Below are positions 63,330-64,000 of a DNA stretch of 64,000 nucleotides, one piece after another. This DNA is from a virus. The translations under genes and the position numbers were made by a program. Below the pieces are notes generated by a model. That model was not told where the DNA came from, did not search any database, and saw only the letters and a program-made list of their open reading frames with translations. The stretch lies in the IMG/VR virus record IMGVR_UViG_3300031257_000001, positions 1 to 64,000 of that record; one strand, written 5' to 3'. The first letter of the stretch is position 1, and every line of letters starts with the position of its first letter.

Positions 63330-64000
63330 GTGACAGAAATCAAATGTTGTGGGTGTCTGCCTGATCCAATCGACCACAGACACCACGCTGATTTTGAGAG
63401 ACTTGGGCTTACGGCGGGCACAGAGCAGTGGCCGTCGCTTCGTGCATTTTGCGGCGAGGTACTCAACCAGCAGAGCACCAGCTCGTGCGTGCCGCATGCG
63501 ATTCTGGACGCCGAGCGGACCACGCTCCGTGCGCGCCACCTGATTGATGCGCCGCTCGGGTCGATTCTGCAGCTGTACTACGGTGCGCGCTTTCGAAGCG
63601 GCCTGCATGGCAGCGATGACGGTTGCTACCCGAGCGTGGCCATTTTTGAGCTGGAAGCCAACGGGATTGCGCCGGCATTCCAATGGCCATTCGCACCAAT
63701 GCATGTGCAGAAGCGCCCGCCAATTGCCGCGACTCGTGATGCCTATGAACGTCGGGGCATGCGCGACACCTATGCAATACACGAATCGACGGTGGATGGT
63801 CGAATCGCCGCAATGCGTGCGGCACTCAACGCTAAGCGCGCCGGCACAATGCAGATACCGGTTGACCGCGCGATGATGTTCTCCAACGGTGTCACGTTGA
63901 TAGAGTATGCCAAGCTTGGAGCAATAGAAGGCTATCACCTTGTCGAATTCGTTGCGCTTGCCGATGACGGTGGGCCATGTGTCGAAATCAAAAACAGCTG
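63330..64000 (+). CDS. Papain-family (C1) cysteine peptidase, truncated at the window edge
   Basis: Hand translation from GTG 63330 (RBS AAGGAG): GCLPDPIDHR, VLNQQSTSSC, LYYGAR, DDG, QWPF, GYH, IKNS(W). Confidence 0.85.
   Translation, partial: MTEIKCCGCLPDPIDHRHHADFERLGLTAGTEQWPSLRAFCGEVLNQQSTSSCVPHAILDAERTTLRARHLIDAPLGSILQLYYGARFRSGLHGSDDGCYPSVAIFELEANGIAPAFQWPFAPMHVQKRPPIAATRDAYERRGMRDTYAIHESTVDGRIAAMRAALNAKRAGTMQIPVDRAMMFSNGVTLIEYAKLGAIEGYHLVEFVALADDGGPCVEIKNS

Noticed and set aside
63069-63938. 289-aa minus-strand ORF
   Set aside because: Shadow of the plus-strand C1 peptidase
1-64000. Host assignment and lifestyle
   Set aside because: No host genes, att sites, integrase or repressor are identifiable, so neither can be supported from this window

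Overview
This 64 kb window is a GC-rich tailed dsDNA phage (or prophage) segment with a contractile tail, and nearly all genes are on the + strand. Positions 1-17.9 kb are an early/accessory region of small genes with two near-identical sigma70-type promoters. Positions 17.9-62.5 kb are the virion module: TerS-like gene, amidase endolysin, TerL, portal, MuF head protein with an intein and a kinase-like tail, XkdF-type protease, scaffold, major capsid, head fibres, neck, sheath, tube, frameshifting tail chaperone, tape measure, baseplate and tail fibre. Membrane proteins and a papain-like protease run off the right edge. No integrase, polymerase, cas1/2/3 or canonical CRISPR array is visible. 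The top finding (12256-14000) is a solitary Cas7/Csm3-like RAMP gene, a coupled accessory gene, and a ~430-nt non-coding array with strict 5-nt periodicity. The array alternates a variable dinucleotide with an nGn triplet and is split into units by GGCTGC. Read as codon positions 1-2 with the wobble base skipped, the dinucleotides spell tyrosine-integrase catalytic motifs (e.g. LLTGMRLGELRAL and, antisense, SGADIKTVQxxMGH). This suggests an RNA-guided, wobble-skipping system aimed at integrase genes of competing elements. A tRNA-like mini-domain closes the array. The second highlight is an intein whose endonuclease is encoded on the opposite strand with its own RBS. All family calls come from motifs read by eye; no searches were run.
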